In this document: positions 10,870 through 24,039 of the stretch, piece after piece
Layout: each line of letters starts with the position of its first letter
Numbering within the stretch: position 1 is the stretch's first letter
Source of the DNA: the human T2T-CHM13v2.0 reference genome, Homo sapiens
DNA: 64,000 nucleotides
Direction: 5' to 3' (one strand)
NCBI RefSeq assembly: GCF_009914755.1
Contig: NC_060942.1
Notes under the pieces: generated by a model
Seen by the model: the letters and a program-made list of their open reading frames with translations, nothing else
Databases searched by the model: none
What the model was told of the DNA's origin: nothing
Position numbers and translations under genes: made by a program

Positions 10870-11070
10870 CTGATATCCAAAGAATGAGTAAGAATGAGGT
10901 AAAGGAGCAAGAAAACATTGCTTCAGGCAAAGGAATAGTATGTGCAAAAGCCCTGGGGTTTAAGAATATGATGTTTTTAGAGAACTGCAAATAATTCAGT
11001 ATGGTTGGAGCAGAGGGATGTGGAATGATTATTGATTCTGTTGGAGAGTAGACAGAGGCCAGATTGCTAT
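10870..11070. mobile_element. L2 fragment
   Basis: caggcaaaggaatagtatgtgcaaaagccctgggg...agaactgcaaataattcagtatggttggagcagaggg is typical of L2. Confidence 0.55.
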
Positions 11071-11370
11071 GCTTAGATACAATTTCAACCACCTACAAAT
11101 CCATCTAATTACCTACATGACCATCATCATCTGGTCATGTTTCTCCATTTTATCATTATGTATACCTTAAAGACTTGCTCACATTACTTAAAATTGAGAT
11201 AGGTTAGGCATCTATCCAATCTCCCATGCCAGTAATTCTACAGAAACAGATTAGGTTAGCTAGATAAGCATGTTTACAATTAAATTTATGCTGTATCCTT
11301 CTAATCACCACTTTCTCATCAAAATGCTCACAAATCATCTGCATCATTGTCCATTCTTTAAAAATGTATA

Positions 11371-11568
11371 AACCCATCTCTACTAAAAATACAAAATTAG
11401 CTGGGCATGATGGCGCACGCCTGTAATCCCAGCTGTTCAGGAGGCTGAAGCAGAAGAATTGCTTGAACCCCGGAGACGGAGGTTGCAGTCAGCCGAGATT
11501 GCACCATTGCTCTCTAGCCTGGGCAACAAGAGCAAAACTCCATCTCAAAAAAAAAAAAAAAAAAAAAG
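11371..11568 (+). mobile_element. 5'-truncated AluS (linker plus right monomer)
   Basis: ctctactaaaaatacaaaattagctggg through poly(A); TSD-like aaaaa(t)gtataaa on both flanks. Confidence 0.9.
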
Positions 11569-11902
11569 TATAAATTTGTATCAAGCATGCTGGCTTGAGG
11601 GTTTAAGGAATTTCTTTTTTTTATTTCTGACATACTTCTGTGGAGTGTGTTTTGCTTTCATTTTTGTTGTATTGTTTGTAATTTACACTATTAACAGTTT
11701 CTATTAGTGCTGTGGAATTAATTCCTCTTGTGCTGAAGATAGAAATATATTATTTCTAGGAAGAAATTGTCCTTATCGTCTTCACTAATATTGGACTTAG
11801 AGAGTCCTCCTATAAGATATGTTCTGTTTTTCATTTTGAACAGTTTCCTTGATGGAGAACTATCAAAGCAGTCAAAGCTATCAAAATAAAAAAGAATTCT
11901 GA

Positions 11903-12210
11903 TTGGGTGCAGTGGCTCACACCTGTCATTCCAGCACTTTGAGAGGCCAAGGTGGGCAGATCACATGAGGCCAGGAGTTCAAGACCAGCCTGGCCAACAT
12001 GGCAGAAACCCCATCTCTACTAAAAATACCAAAATTAGCCGGGCATGGTGGAACACACCTGCAATCCCAGCTACTCGGGAGGCTGAGGCAAGAGAATCGC
12101 TTGAACCTGGGAGGCAGAAGTTGCAGTGAAACAAGTTGGTGCCAATGCATTCCAGCCTGGATGATGGAGCGAGACTCTGTCTCAAGAAAAAAAAAAACAA
12201 AAACAAAAAC
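11903..12210 (+). mobile_element. Full-length Alu (AluS/J)
   Basis: Dimeric Alu with A-tail; TSD agaa(t/c)tctg at 11893 and 12211. Confidence 0.92.
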
Positions 12211-12479
12211 AGAACTCTGCCTCATAGCGTCTTTTAAGTTATACACTGGACCTATCCTTTCCTCACTGACAGACATTTTAAAAATTTTTTGGTAAGGCCT
12301 AGTTCATATAAAATGTAATCCAAGCCAAAAGTTAACAAGAATAAGGGGAGGAAAGGGGACTCCAATAGCAGAGAAAGGTATTTACCTGGGATATACACTG
12401 CAAGAAAATCAAAGCTATAAGAAATGTCCATGAATAGTAGCCATAAGGCATCAGAGTGATAAAATTCCTGTCCCTAGGA

Positions 12480-12925
12480 GGGAATATTGGAGTTTGCCAG
12501 AGAAACAGAATGGGAGAGACAGAGAGGTTTATTGTAGGAATTGGCTCATATGATTACGGAGGCTGAGAAGACCCACGATCTGCCATCTGCAAGCCGGAGA
12601 ATCAGGAAAGCTGGAGGTGTAATTCAGTCAAGTCCAATGGCCAGAGAAGCAAGTGTACTGATATCCAAGAGCAGGAGAAAATAGATGTCCCAGAACAAGC
12701 AGAGAGGCTGATTTTGTCCTTCCTCTGCCTTTTTGTTTTATATGGGGCACTGAATGGACTGATGCCCATCCACATTAGTGAGGGTGGATCTTCTTTACTC
12801 AGTCTACCAGTAGAAATGTCAATGACTTCCAGAAACACCCTCACCAACACACGTGGAAATAATGTTTTACCAGGTATCTGGGCATCCCTTGGTTCACTCA
12901 AGTTGACACAAAATTAACCATCACA
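12480..12925 (-). mobile_element. MLT2-family (ERVL) LTR
   Basis: ggaattggctcatatgattacggaggctgagaag...; ends aaattaaccatcaca (reverse complement of the TGTGATGGTTAAT start). Confidence 0.8.
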
Positions 12926-13018
12926 GAAGGAGACTGGCCTTACTCTGAAATTAGGAAACTAAAGAAGTGACCAGAATGGAGACTAGGTAGAGACAACTAG
13001 TTTTCTACCAAACATGTA

Positions 13019-13250
13019 CAGTCATTCCTTGGTATCTGAAGGGGATTGGTTCCAGGAACTCTCAGGGATACCAAAATCTGCAGGTGCTCAAGTCATTTAT
13101 ATAAAATATTACAGTATTTGCATATAACCTTTGCACATCTTCCATATACTTTAAATCATCTCTACATTACTTATAATAATGAATGTAGTGTAAATGCTAT
13201 GAAAATAGTTACTACACTGTATTGTTTATTTGTATTTTTATTGAATTGTT
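13019..13250. mobile_element. MER2-like Tigger DNA transposon fragment
   Basis: cagtcattccttggtatctgaaggggattggttccagga...gataccaaaatctgcaggtgctcaagtc. Confidence 0.8.
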
Positions 13251-13269
13251 TCGGGGTGGGGGGCAGCTG

Positions 13270-13625
13270 TATCTTTCTTAGTAATAGAACCCCTGGTTTT
13301 AGCTGGGCACATGACTGCCCTCAATAAAGATTAAAGTACCCCAGCCTTCCTTGAGATTGTGGCCATGTGACTGAACTTTAGACAGTGAGATATAAGCAGA
13401 TATCTTCTGTGGCAGTGTTAGGAAACTATTAAAGACAGTAAGAACATTGCCCTTTGCCTTCTTTTTCCTTTCTTCATTTTTCTGCCTGGAATGCAAATGT
13501 GATGGCTAACACCCTAGCAGCCATTTTAGATTATGAAGATGAGAGTCACTCCCCAGGAAGGGTGGACCTGAAAGCTGGATTCTAGATGTGGAATGACAAT
13601 ACCAGCCCTGGACTACCTACCTGTA
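13270..13625 (+). mobile_element. Ancient ERVL-class LTR (LTR33-like); a similar copy lies at ~17180-18200
   Basis: ttagctgggcacatgactgccctcaataaaga...ccagccttccttg...gtggccatgtgactgaa and accagccctggactacctacc; the same motifs recur at ~17215-17240 and ~18075-18100. Confidence 0.5.
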
Positions 13626-13627
13626 GG

Positions 13628-13680
13628 CTGTGTGTGTGTGTGTGTGTGTGATTGACAGAGAGAGAGAGATATAGAGAGAT
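13628..13680. repeat. (TG)n/(GA)n compound microsatellite
   Basis: Direct inspection. Confidence 0.9.
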
Positions 13681-14189
13681 ACCACAAGTAACACAAAGCA
13701 TCATACCTGGGACTGGGAAGGTTAATGTTTAAACATTTTAAATGTGGCATTGGTTTGTTGAAGACAGTCAAGCAGTAGGTGCTGCAGGCTTTGTTGAGGC
13801 TAGAAAGCTGTTGGTCTTTATTAGGTGATGGCAAAACAATGGATCACATTTTCATGTGCTGTGTCTTGGGAGGCAAATGATGAGAATGTAGGATTGGGGA
13901 AAATGGTAAGGAAAATCCAAAATGTTCATGTTTTCTAACCCCTTCTTGCCAATCTTAAAAGAAGGACAAACAGGCTAGATTAAGCAAGTCTACAGTTACA
14001 ATTGGAAGGAAACACAGCCGTACTAAGGAAGTACTCTGTCTGTGGCCTGCAGTCTAGTTTGACTAGGTCCTGTATTTGAGCTTTGAAAGAGTAAAGAATA
14101 CAAGTGCTCGTATACCCCTGAAGTAGTTACCAGCAGTGACTGCAAGGAGGTAATCTTATGGGATGAAACTATAACTCTGTATTAACCAT

Positions 14190-14280
14190 CATATATAGCA
14201 TATATGTGTATATGTATGTGTGTGTGTGTATATGTGTATATAAATATATGTGTGTGTATATACACACATGTACACACACC
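14190..14280. repeat. Mixed (TA)/(TG)/(CA) microsatellite
   Basis: Direct inspection. Confidence 0.85.
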
Positions 14281-15739
14281 CTACAACCCAGTGATTTCAA
14301 AAAATTAAACATTTGTTTAGCTCATGAATCTGTGGGTTGGGTGAACATTTCTATTGGTCTTGGCTGGGCTCACCTGTACCCAGTCAGCTGCAGGGTCTAG
14401 CTCTTCTTATCTTGGCTGGGATCTCACACATGTCTAGGATCAGCTGCTTTACTAGTCTAGGATTGTCTTGGCTGAGACAGGTGGACTACTCAGTTCTCCT
14501 CCACTGCCTTATCCTTCAGCTGGCCAGCCCAGAAATGTTGCCATGTTTACAGCATAAGAGCAAGCAAGAAAGAATAATATGCAACCACTTTTCCAAGCCT
14601 AAGGTGAAAGGGCGGGCAGAACCTGTGGTGTTAGGAGGCAACTCATACCAGCCCATGGGTCTACTGTTTAATTTTCAGAAATTTGGCAAGCTGATTGTTA
14701 ACACAGCTGTTGTTTAATTTATGTACTTGTAATTAAATAATTTACATTAAAACAAAGATAATAGGTACTCAAAACTCATGACTTTCTAGTTATTTTATTA
14801 TATTTTACTATTGTCTGTCCTCTTAAGGTGTTTGTTTCTAGTGTATCTGGTGGAAACACTACTTCATGTTTCAGTTGTGTCAAACCAGTAGCTTGAAATC
14901 AGCCACTGTTGGAGTGTTTATACCACAGAAATTGATAGAAGCTACAAATGAAGTGTTGCTTGTTGATTTGTTTTGTTAATTGTCTGGCTTAAGAAAGTGG
15001 TAGAGAAAACATTAATGCAGATTAAATTTAAAAGCGTGTTGTGTCTGCGGCCGTTACATTGCAAATACAAAAAATAATTGAGGAAATGTTCTTTGAAAAC
15101 TATTATCTAATTCTGCAAAGTTGTCACCTCATTTACAAACAACTGCAGTTTCAGCTACCTCTTTATTGTTTTACTTTCCTCTTACTGACAATGAGAATAT
15201 CAATTAACATTCATGTCAGAACTACACTTGCTCATGAACTACAACTGTAGATTGGCTATGGATAAGAAAATTTAGTGAAAGTCAAATAAAGCATTCAGTA
15301 AGAGTTGGCTATATAGAACTTACAGAAAAGATTATTGCATATTTTCTTATTTGTCAATGTGTGCTACACATATTTTCAGTAAAATTTATAACATAATGTA
15401 TAAAGTATTTTTTAAGAAACATTTAACCAGTATGCTACTGGGCAGAAGGTTCCCCCAAGAGTAGGAGGACGCTGCAATATGCTAGGGCAAAGAGTATAGT
15501 TAGAGAGAGGGGCAAAAATTTGGGTCATTAATCCAATTAAAGTACCCTAGGCCCCTAGTCTTTCTCAAATACTTTCCATTAAGCAACTGTCAGTCAGTAG
15601 AACCTAGTGCATTGACAAAGATCAGATTGTGATTTTTGCCTATTATTTTTAAATGTCTCAAGATAGCCAACACTTCTTGGGGGGATAGGGTGTTTGAGTT
15701 TGGTATAGGGAAGAATAGGCAGAGCCTAGATGCCAGTAC

Positions 15740-16370
15740 TGTTGGGGTGATCAGACCCAACACCGAGTCATAGGGGTGATGAAGTCCGGCGTAGTCAAAG
15801 GAATGAGAAAAGACAGTTTGAGAGAGAAAGTGAGTCCCGGGAGCCAACACTAAGTATGGAGGCTGCGAAGGCCCTGAACTCTGGAAGCCCAGACTATTTA
15901 TTGGTGGTGCTCAAACAAAGAAACAGGTGGTGAGAATGTGGGGTTGAAAGGGAGCGTTGCATTAAGCACATTATGATTTACATTACGTTATGATTTGCAT
16001 CGCATTATGATTTATAGCTGCAATGGTTTAGCATATGCTCTACTACTTGGGATAGTGGAGAGCAGGTTCTTTTAACTCAAGATACAGTCAATCCTGGGAG
16101 AGCAAGGAGCAAGGAGCCAGCGAGTCTAGACACATTCCAGAAGCCACGAGCCCTGGATTCTATCCAAGCCACGAGAGGTTTTATGCCCTGGGCTTAGATT
16201 ATGGTGTGTCAGGGCAGCCTTCCACCCTTTAGCACAGAGCTTGGTGTTCCAAAGGCCACAAGGGGTTTTAGACCCTGGACCCCAGACATGTTCCGAGACT
16301 CTTTTACATTATGTCAGACATGCAAGCCCTGCCTCCGCGTCTCTCCCAACACTCAGCTTTTCTCCCAAGA
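15740..16370 (-). mobile_element. Solo LTR, LTR14-family (HERV-K14/HML-1)
   Basis: Ends TGTTGGGGTGATCAGACCCAACACC and ACTCAGCTTTTCTCCCAA(G)A; exact 5-bp TSD AGTAC at 15735-15739 and 16371-16375; minus-strand AATAAA near 15897-15902. Confidence 0.85.
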
Positions 16371-17246
16371 AGTACATCACACTAAAATGTCTCAGGCTTA
16401 GAAATCGTCTAGACATTACGATCTCTGGCTACTAACATACGTGGAACTAACTGAAAGCAAATATACCAGAAGATTACTAAATTTTAAGGAAATTGTTCTT
16501 CAAAAGAAATTTCAATCCTGGCCTGTGACCATCAAGCTCCTAAAACAGTTTCTGGGTCCCCATATTCACCCTAGCAGGAAGAGAGCTTCTGCAATGGCAA
16601 CCACCACAGAGGGGCTTCTGCCCCATGGCCCCTTCTCATGCAGCCATGTAATATAATGCACGTCCTAGAAAGCAGAGATAAGAACCACAAAATACAATGG
16701 GCAAGAGCTTAACTGAGGACTACCAAATAGCTAAGCAAAGAATACCCTCCTTTACTAGGGGAGGGAGCTTGTACTTTCTGCTCAGAGGTATCTGATCATT
16801 GATATGGACCAGTGACCACTACCAGTTTCTCCTCCCCTTTCTCAAATAGGAGTTTTTACGGTGGTGTCCTGTTTCCATATCCATATATGTTTTTCAATGT
16901 ATCTGCTGGCAGACCACAAGAAGGTACACATGACCCCAAGGAAGGGACTGCATATGATTAAGAGATCCTGAACATGGAGCAGGAATTCAGGAAGATCTTG
17001 AAGTTTTCTGCCTTGGAGAAAGAGTAAATGTCTACTCTGCAAATGTGTTCCTGGCTTTTCTTGGATCATCAGCTCTGAGGAAAGCTAACTTCCATATAGT
17101 GAGCACACACAGCACCCTACATAGGAAAACGGTGCTCATAGATGTCCGGGTAGCCAAAAATATATACGTAGCCATGGCCAATATTTATTCTCCCCTTCTT
17201 CCTTAGCAAGAAACTCCCTGATTTTTAGCTGGGCATATAATCACTT

Positions 17247-17279
17247 TTCATTAGGGTTCTCTAGAGAGACAGAAATAAT

Positions 17280-17339
<60 letters not shown>

Positions 17340-17792
17340 GACAGGGCATTTATTAGGGGAATTGGTTCATATGATTATGGCAGCAGAGAAGTCCCACAAT
17401 AGACTGTCTGCAAGCTGGAGACCAAGGGATGCCAATAGTGTGGCTCAGTAAAAGTCCAAAAGCCTCCAAACTAGGAAAGCCAGTGGTATAACTCTCAGTT
17501 TGAGGCCAAAGGCCTGAGGACCTGAAGTTTTGATGTCCAAGGGCAGGAGAAGAAGGGTGTCTCAGCTCCAGAAGAGAAAGCATTAATTTGCCTTTCCTCT
17601 GTCTATTTGTTCTATCTTGGCCCCAGCCAATTGGATGGTGCCTACCCACATTGAAGACAAATCTTCCCCACTCAGTTTATCAACTCATGCACCCATTTTC
17701 TCTGGAAACACCCTCACTCAGAATTAATGCTTTACTAGCTATCTAGGTACCCATTAATCTAGTCAAATTGATACCTAAAATTAACCATCACA
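17247..17792 (-). mobile_element. MLT2-family LTR containing an (AGAT)n repeat
   Basis: Same motifs as the 12480-12925 copy; ends aaattaaccatcaca. Confidence 0.8.
17281..17340. repeat. (AGAT)n tetranucleotide STR
   Basis: 12 perfect AGAT units at 17281-17328 plus degenerate units. Confidence 0.95.
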
Positions 17793-18337
17793 TATCTGCA
17801 AATAAAGACAACATTTAGCATATTAGCTTGTACATCTTATGCTTCCATATTACATGTCATACATTTGCATGTAACTAAGTGCTGATGCGGAGAGGGAGGC
17901 AATGTGTTGTACAGTAAGGTTTCCAGGAAACCTTAAACAACTGCTAGCACACACTTTTTAACTTTGTTTGTATTTCTCTACTCTGCTTCCTCGGTTTCAC
18001 CTTTGGCAACTAGAACCCTAGCAGATAATCTTGAACCATGAGGATGAAGGTCATAAACTATAACAATATCACCAGACCAGCCTTGGACTGCCTACCTACA
18101 AATGTTTTCTATGCATGGTAGAAATAAACCTTATGTGATTTAAGCTACCACTATTTTGTAGTTTGCTGCTGCTACAGCCAAAATTGATTCTAATTGATAC
18201 CAGAAAGAAATTTGAAAAATCTGTTAAATAAAGTTAGTATGTGCATACGTTTGGAGATGAGGGAAGGCAGGAGATTTGGAATTGGCAAGAAGGTTGAATT
18301 GGGGAAGAGAGGCCAGAATTCAAAAAGAGAAGAGACA

Positions 18338-18855
18338 TGGTGGAGATTTTAACTCTCCTCTCTTCAAAAGATGGAGTCTAATTCCCCTCACCTTATGTAG
18401 GGGCCAGACTGAGTAATTTACTATTAATAAATAGATTGAGTGATGGCATGTGGGTTATAAGATTAGGTTATAAAAGACACTGTGGCTTTCACTTTGATCT
18501 CCCTTGAATTATTAGCTTCAAGCAAAGTCAGGTGCTATGTAGAGTGGACACTCAAATATCCCTAGGAAGAAGTCTATGTGGTGAGAAACTGAGACCTTCA
18601 ACAGGCTGCATATACTTGCCATGTGAGGACATCATTTTGGAAGAAGATCCTCAAGCCCCAGTCAAGCCTTCAGATGATAGTGGTCCCAGGCCAACATCCT
18701 GACCAAAACCTTATGAAAGACCCTTACGCCAGACGCAGCTAGCTAAGCTGTTCCTGAATTACTGATATAAAAACTGTGAAATCATACGTATTTATTTTTG
18801 TTTTAATCCTCAAAGATTTGGGGCAATTTTTTATGTAATAGTGGATAACTCTACA
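18338..18855 (+). mobile_element. MLT1 (MaLR) LTR
   Basis: gccccagtcaagccttcagatga...cagctagctaagctgttcctgaatt...aactgtgaaatcata...gtaatagtggataac. Confidence 0.7.
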
Positions 18856-20369
18856 TACATTATCAAGCTGATATATTATGGATAGAGGAAAAAGTTATAA
18901 TGATGTGATAAGATGAGAAGGTGCTTGTCAGTTGCAAGACATGTCATCTGGGCTCCAACTTAATACTAAGTTATTGCATATAACAGGAAAAAAGGGAGCA
19001 CTTTTCAGAGTCATGTACTCTGAAATTCAAATTCAAACATCTGCTGGACTGGGATTCAAAGTATGACTCAACTCTCTTCCTTCCAGGGTTCTGACTGTTG
19101 GGGCATACACAAGTGGTAAATTGCCAAATGGAAATAAGGAAGCATCATCTCTTAAGTCCTAGGCAAACACTTTATTATATTGGGCTTCTAATCTACTTGA
19201 AGTCTACATAAGCCTTCATATACCCTCTTCTCTGAATTTTAGGCAGCTGAGGCCTGAATTACAATAATCCAAATGAGAAAGGAAAGGATTTTGGCCTAAG
19301 GTGCAGATGACAGAGGTAGAGATGGGGGATAGATTTGTGGTATATTTTGAAGATAGAAATGGCAGGCCTTACAGATAAACAGGATGTGGGAAGTGTTTCT
19401 TCTCTCTCCAGTCGGGAATATTGGGGGTACATTTCCATTTTTCTTCATCGCCTTTCATGGTCTTTCCTAAGGGAGGAGGAGGGGATAAAGTGATTGGTCA
19501 GGGCTCAACAATCTTTGAACCCTCTTTTCCTTTTGGGTGGGGTGAGGGGACGCACTTCCTGGGTGCAGGCACAGCTGTCCCTCTGGTGTTTGTTATTCAC
19601 TCTGCAGTGTGGCGCTGTGCTGTGTCCTCCTAACCATGTCGTTCTTACTCCCTTCTAGTCCATTGTTCACACTGGTCATGATTACTTAAAAAAAAAAAAA
19701 AAATTCCCCAAATAGTTCATTTGATTTACTCGAAGAGACTTGAAAGTCTAATTTTGGCCTACAGCAATGAGGATATTGCTAAGAAACATTTCCAGTGAAG
19801 TTCCCTCTTCACTTCGATGTAAAAATGGCATCACTCTTTTTACAATATATTGTGTATATCTCACACTTCTCTCACTGGACTTTCTTGTTCAGAGTTACCC
19901 CTTCATCAGGTAACCATGAATATCTGCATCAAAAAATAAAGCCTCATAGAATCACCAGTTGTTTTAAACATGAGAAAAGGTTGATGGAGATATTATCCAT
20001 CTTTGAATGACACTAAAAACGAAACCAAAAACATCCATTAAAAGTTATGAAAAATGTATTGACTGACCTTTAAAGTTCAAGCAAGCCCAAATAATGCAAG
20101 ATAATTAAAGATGACGAGTAAAAAGCCCAAGAAAATATATGAAGCTTGTCTAGTGAGCATGTTTAAAATAAATAATGTATCTTCATGAGTTATTGATGAT
20201 CTTATAATTCATGAGTACTAAGAAAAACATAGCAAGGAATGATTTCTAAAAGGTCATCAATAGCAAGTAGGAACACAACCGGTTCACTGCCTGTCTTGTA
20301 ACTGATTAAAGTTCTAAGAAGAAAGGAGGTAAACGGGGAAAAAAAGAGGAGTAAACAGAGAGAGGTCTA

Positions 20370-21306
20370 TACTCAGTTGAATAATGTCACCCCAGAACTC
20401 ACGTACACAACAATGAACATTTCTGGGTTTCTTGCTAAGAAACTCATAATGTGATTCAGTCCATTTTGTGCCACCATAACAGAATACCTGAGACTGGGTA
20501 ATTTATAATGAACAGAAATCTATTGGCTCACAGTTCTGGAAGCTGGGAAGTCTAAGATCAAGGGTTTGGCATCTGGCAGGGCCTTTTTACTGCATCATTC
20601 CGTGGCAGAAGGGCAAAGGCGGGATGAGAAAGAACAAGAAATTAAACTCAGAGCCTCAAGCCCTTTTATAAAAATCAGCATTAATCCATTTATGATGGTG
20701 TATCCCTCATGGCCTAATCACCTCTTAAAGGTCTTACCATTTAATACTGTTAAAATAGCAATTAAATTTCAAAGTAAATTTTGAATGGGACATTCAAACC
20801 ATAGCAGGGACTTATATAGAAATAGGGTCTTTGCAAATGTAGTTAAAATGAGGTTATAACAGATTAGGGTAAGTCCTAATCCAATATGACTGGTATCCTT
20901 TTAAGCAGAGGAAAGGACAGAGAGGCACATAGGGAAGAAAGACCTGCGATGTCAGAGGTAGAGATTGAGAGATGCAGCTTCAAGCCAAGGAACCACCAGA
21001 AGCTAGGAGACAGGCATGGAACAGATTCTTCCCAGAACCTCACACAGGGAGCATGGCCCTACTGACACCTTGTTTTAGTGTCTGATAAAAACCCGTTTTC
21101 TGGCTTATAGATGATGCCTTCATGCTGTGTCCTCATGTGGTAGAAGGGTTGAGGGATCTCTCCAGGGAATTAATCTCATTCCCAAGGGCTTTGCCTTGAT
21201 GAGTTAATCACCTTCCAAACGCCCTACCTCCTAATACCATTATCTTGGGGGTTAGGATTTCAATGCATAAATTTTGAGGGGACGTAAACAGTCAGTCTAT
21301 TGCAAT
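20370..21306. mobile_element. Cluster of nested MaLR LTRs (MLT1/MST types)
   Basis: One LTR at ~20455-20806 (ends acattcaaaccatagca) sits inside an MLT1B/C-like LTR; another fragment at ~21090-21306. Confidence 0.7.
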
Positions 21307-22918
21307 GTTCAACCTGACACATAATTTGAAAGCTACGAGAAAAAGAGATATTTGCCCAACTTTATTTATTAGAATTACATAATTGTGATAACAAAACAGT
21401 ATACAGACAATACAAGAAAATAAAAGTAGTGACCAATCTCACTAAAAGCAAATACAAAAATCATAAGTAAAATAGTAACAAATAAAATTGAGCAACATGT
21501 TAAAAAACTAAAATACCACTTCATAACCTGCGTGGACTTCCTTATTCCAGGAATATGAGGATAGTTCAACATTAGAAAAATCTACTGACATAATGTACTA
21601 CATCAAAAAGCTAAAGAAGAAAATGTGTATAATTATCTTGGGATTTATAGAGGAATATTTAATAACATTCAGTTCTCAAAGGGCAAGAGAAGCCTTGCTC
21701 TAAGATCAGTAGAAAAAGTTCATCAAAATTAACAGATTACGAGTGGAGTAAGGTTGCAAAAAATGTTACATTGTTGATTAACTGGCAAAACATCACCCGA
21801 TCAGTAAAATGTGACAATTTGGGGCTGTGGGAGAAAGTAGGATGGCAGACTGCCTCTGATGAAAAAATTCCAAATCTTCTTTTGAAATTGAGTTTAACAG
21901 AGATGTGATAGCAACTACCCCAGGTTAGGGAAGGTTCTAGGGAAATGATTGAGATCAGGTATCTATCTGATTCCAATCAGAAATAGATGTGTATATTCTG
22001 TTGTTGTCAATTACTTTCTCAGAATCCCTTACCGGGTGTTCACTGCTGTTAGGATATAGACAAAGATCTTTCATCATGGCCTTCAAGGAAAGGTAGCTTG
22101 AGGTGGGGGTGGGGAGGAGTGTTGAGAATGAAGAAACTGCTCCTTCTGAGCACATTCCAAGTAAGATCATCCTCAACAATGTCTTAGGTAATACGTTGGC
22201 CTGATGGTTTTTAAAACTAAAAAAATAAATAAAAGTGTACCTTAGGTGACACCATTTTTGTGCCCACCTACCTACCAACAAATGGCAAAGGCTCAATCCT
22301 GGACCCAGCTTCACCCCAGACTAACTCCCAAGATTGAGTCCCTGGCAGTGCTTTCACCTTCAATGCCTGCATCGGAATTCCCCTGATTATGCCACAAGTC
22401 ATCTGATGTGGGAACCATGAGACACAGACACTGAGAAATTAACAGTGTATGAGGAAGACAGGATATAATCAGATTCATGTTTTGGGGAAATTACTGTATC
22501 AAATATGTTAAAAAGAAAGATAAATCTGGAAACAGTCTAGAGAATGGATTTTGCAGGGTATAAACTAAAGACAGATCAGTTGAAAAAACAAACTTTTAAT
22601 AGTCCAAAGGAAAGAAGATGAAAGACCAGGTCAGAACAAAGAAATATGATAGATTTGAGAGGAAATTTTGAAGTGAAAATACAGACCCTTTAACAAAAAT
22701 ATTATAGATTGTGAATGATACTTTTTGTTTTAATTAATACCTCTGAATGCCAAACTAAAAAGATATTTGAGTTACAAATAATAATAACACTTCCAAAGTT
22801 ATTTTGCATACAACTTAACTTTGAGCATCTCCTTAACGATTTTGATCCCCTTGTAAACTTGAACATTCAATCTAAAAATTCTCCCATAGTCAAAAGGATT
22901 TTTAAGAACCAAGGAAAA

Positions 22919-23243
<325 letters not shown>

Positions 23244-24039
23244 CTATTTCTATTATTCACCAATCAGAAGATTTTGTTAGATGATCCTTTATCATTAATT
23301 TCCAAACTGACAATAATATTTAGACCAATTTATTTGAATTTTAGTCACTTTTCCCCAAAATGCTTAGGAATATAGCAATAGCAGACGCCTTCCTAATACT
23401 GTAATGGCAAATTACTGCCTTATTCTCTTTCAAGGATATATATCAATTTCACTTTTCCCGAAATATCTTTTAGGATAAAATGGTATTAGATTACTTTTGA
23501 ACATAATTTAATGATTCCAAATGGAGTTATTTATATAAAACTCTATCTCAGAGAAATATAATTTTGACAATATGTGGGAAAGAGCACTAGAATACAAGAA
23601 AAAATGCTTAGTTCTAGATATGTCAGTGACTATGTGAGAAATATAAACTCTCTAGGTTTGTGGTTTCCTCTTTATTGGGTAAGAGTTTAGATTGGTTTAT
23701 TTCTAAAGGTTTTTCCAAAAATAACATTATTTAGATGACATTCAAATATAGTATGTGATACTTTGCTTACTTTGTTTTTGGGCTTAATTGTATAACACAG
23801 CACTTGAATATTTCACAGAAAATTTAATTTCTTATTATAAAATGAAACATGCTTACTATGAACGTTTTTCTTATATTTTATACTTCCTATATAAAATATA
23901 GGAAAATGAAGAGAAAAAAATATTATCACTCCTCTCCATCTCTTAGGTGGTGAGGAACTTGCCAGTATGGTAAAAGCTGTGGTTCTCTCACCTCCCCTTG
24001 CAAATTCAATAAACTAATCTGACCATCCTTAAGAACTAA

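Larger units (their letters stand above)
6370..14780 (+). ncRNA. LINC00667: Probable spliced lncRNA LINC00667 (approximate extent)
   Basis: Named from recalled gene order next to ZBTB14. It would start in the CpG island; candidate ATTAAA signals at 14732-14737 and 14746-14751. Exon structure cannot be established from sequence alone. Confidence 0.45.

Noticed and set aside
11459-12295. Alu-derived ORFs (also near 2678, 22979 and 47548)
   Set aside because: Standard Alu translation artefacts.
23884-23904. Palindrome TTCCTATAT-AAA-ATATAGGAA; also an AT-rich inverted repeat at 1563-1587
   Set aside because: Short AT-rich stems are expected by chance in 64 kb.
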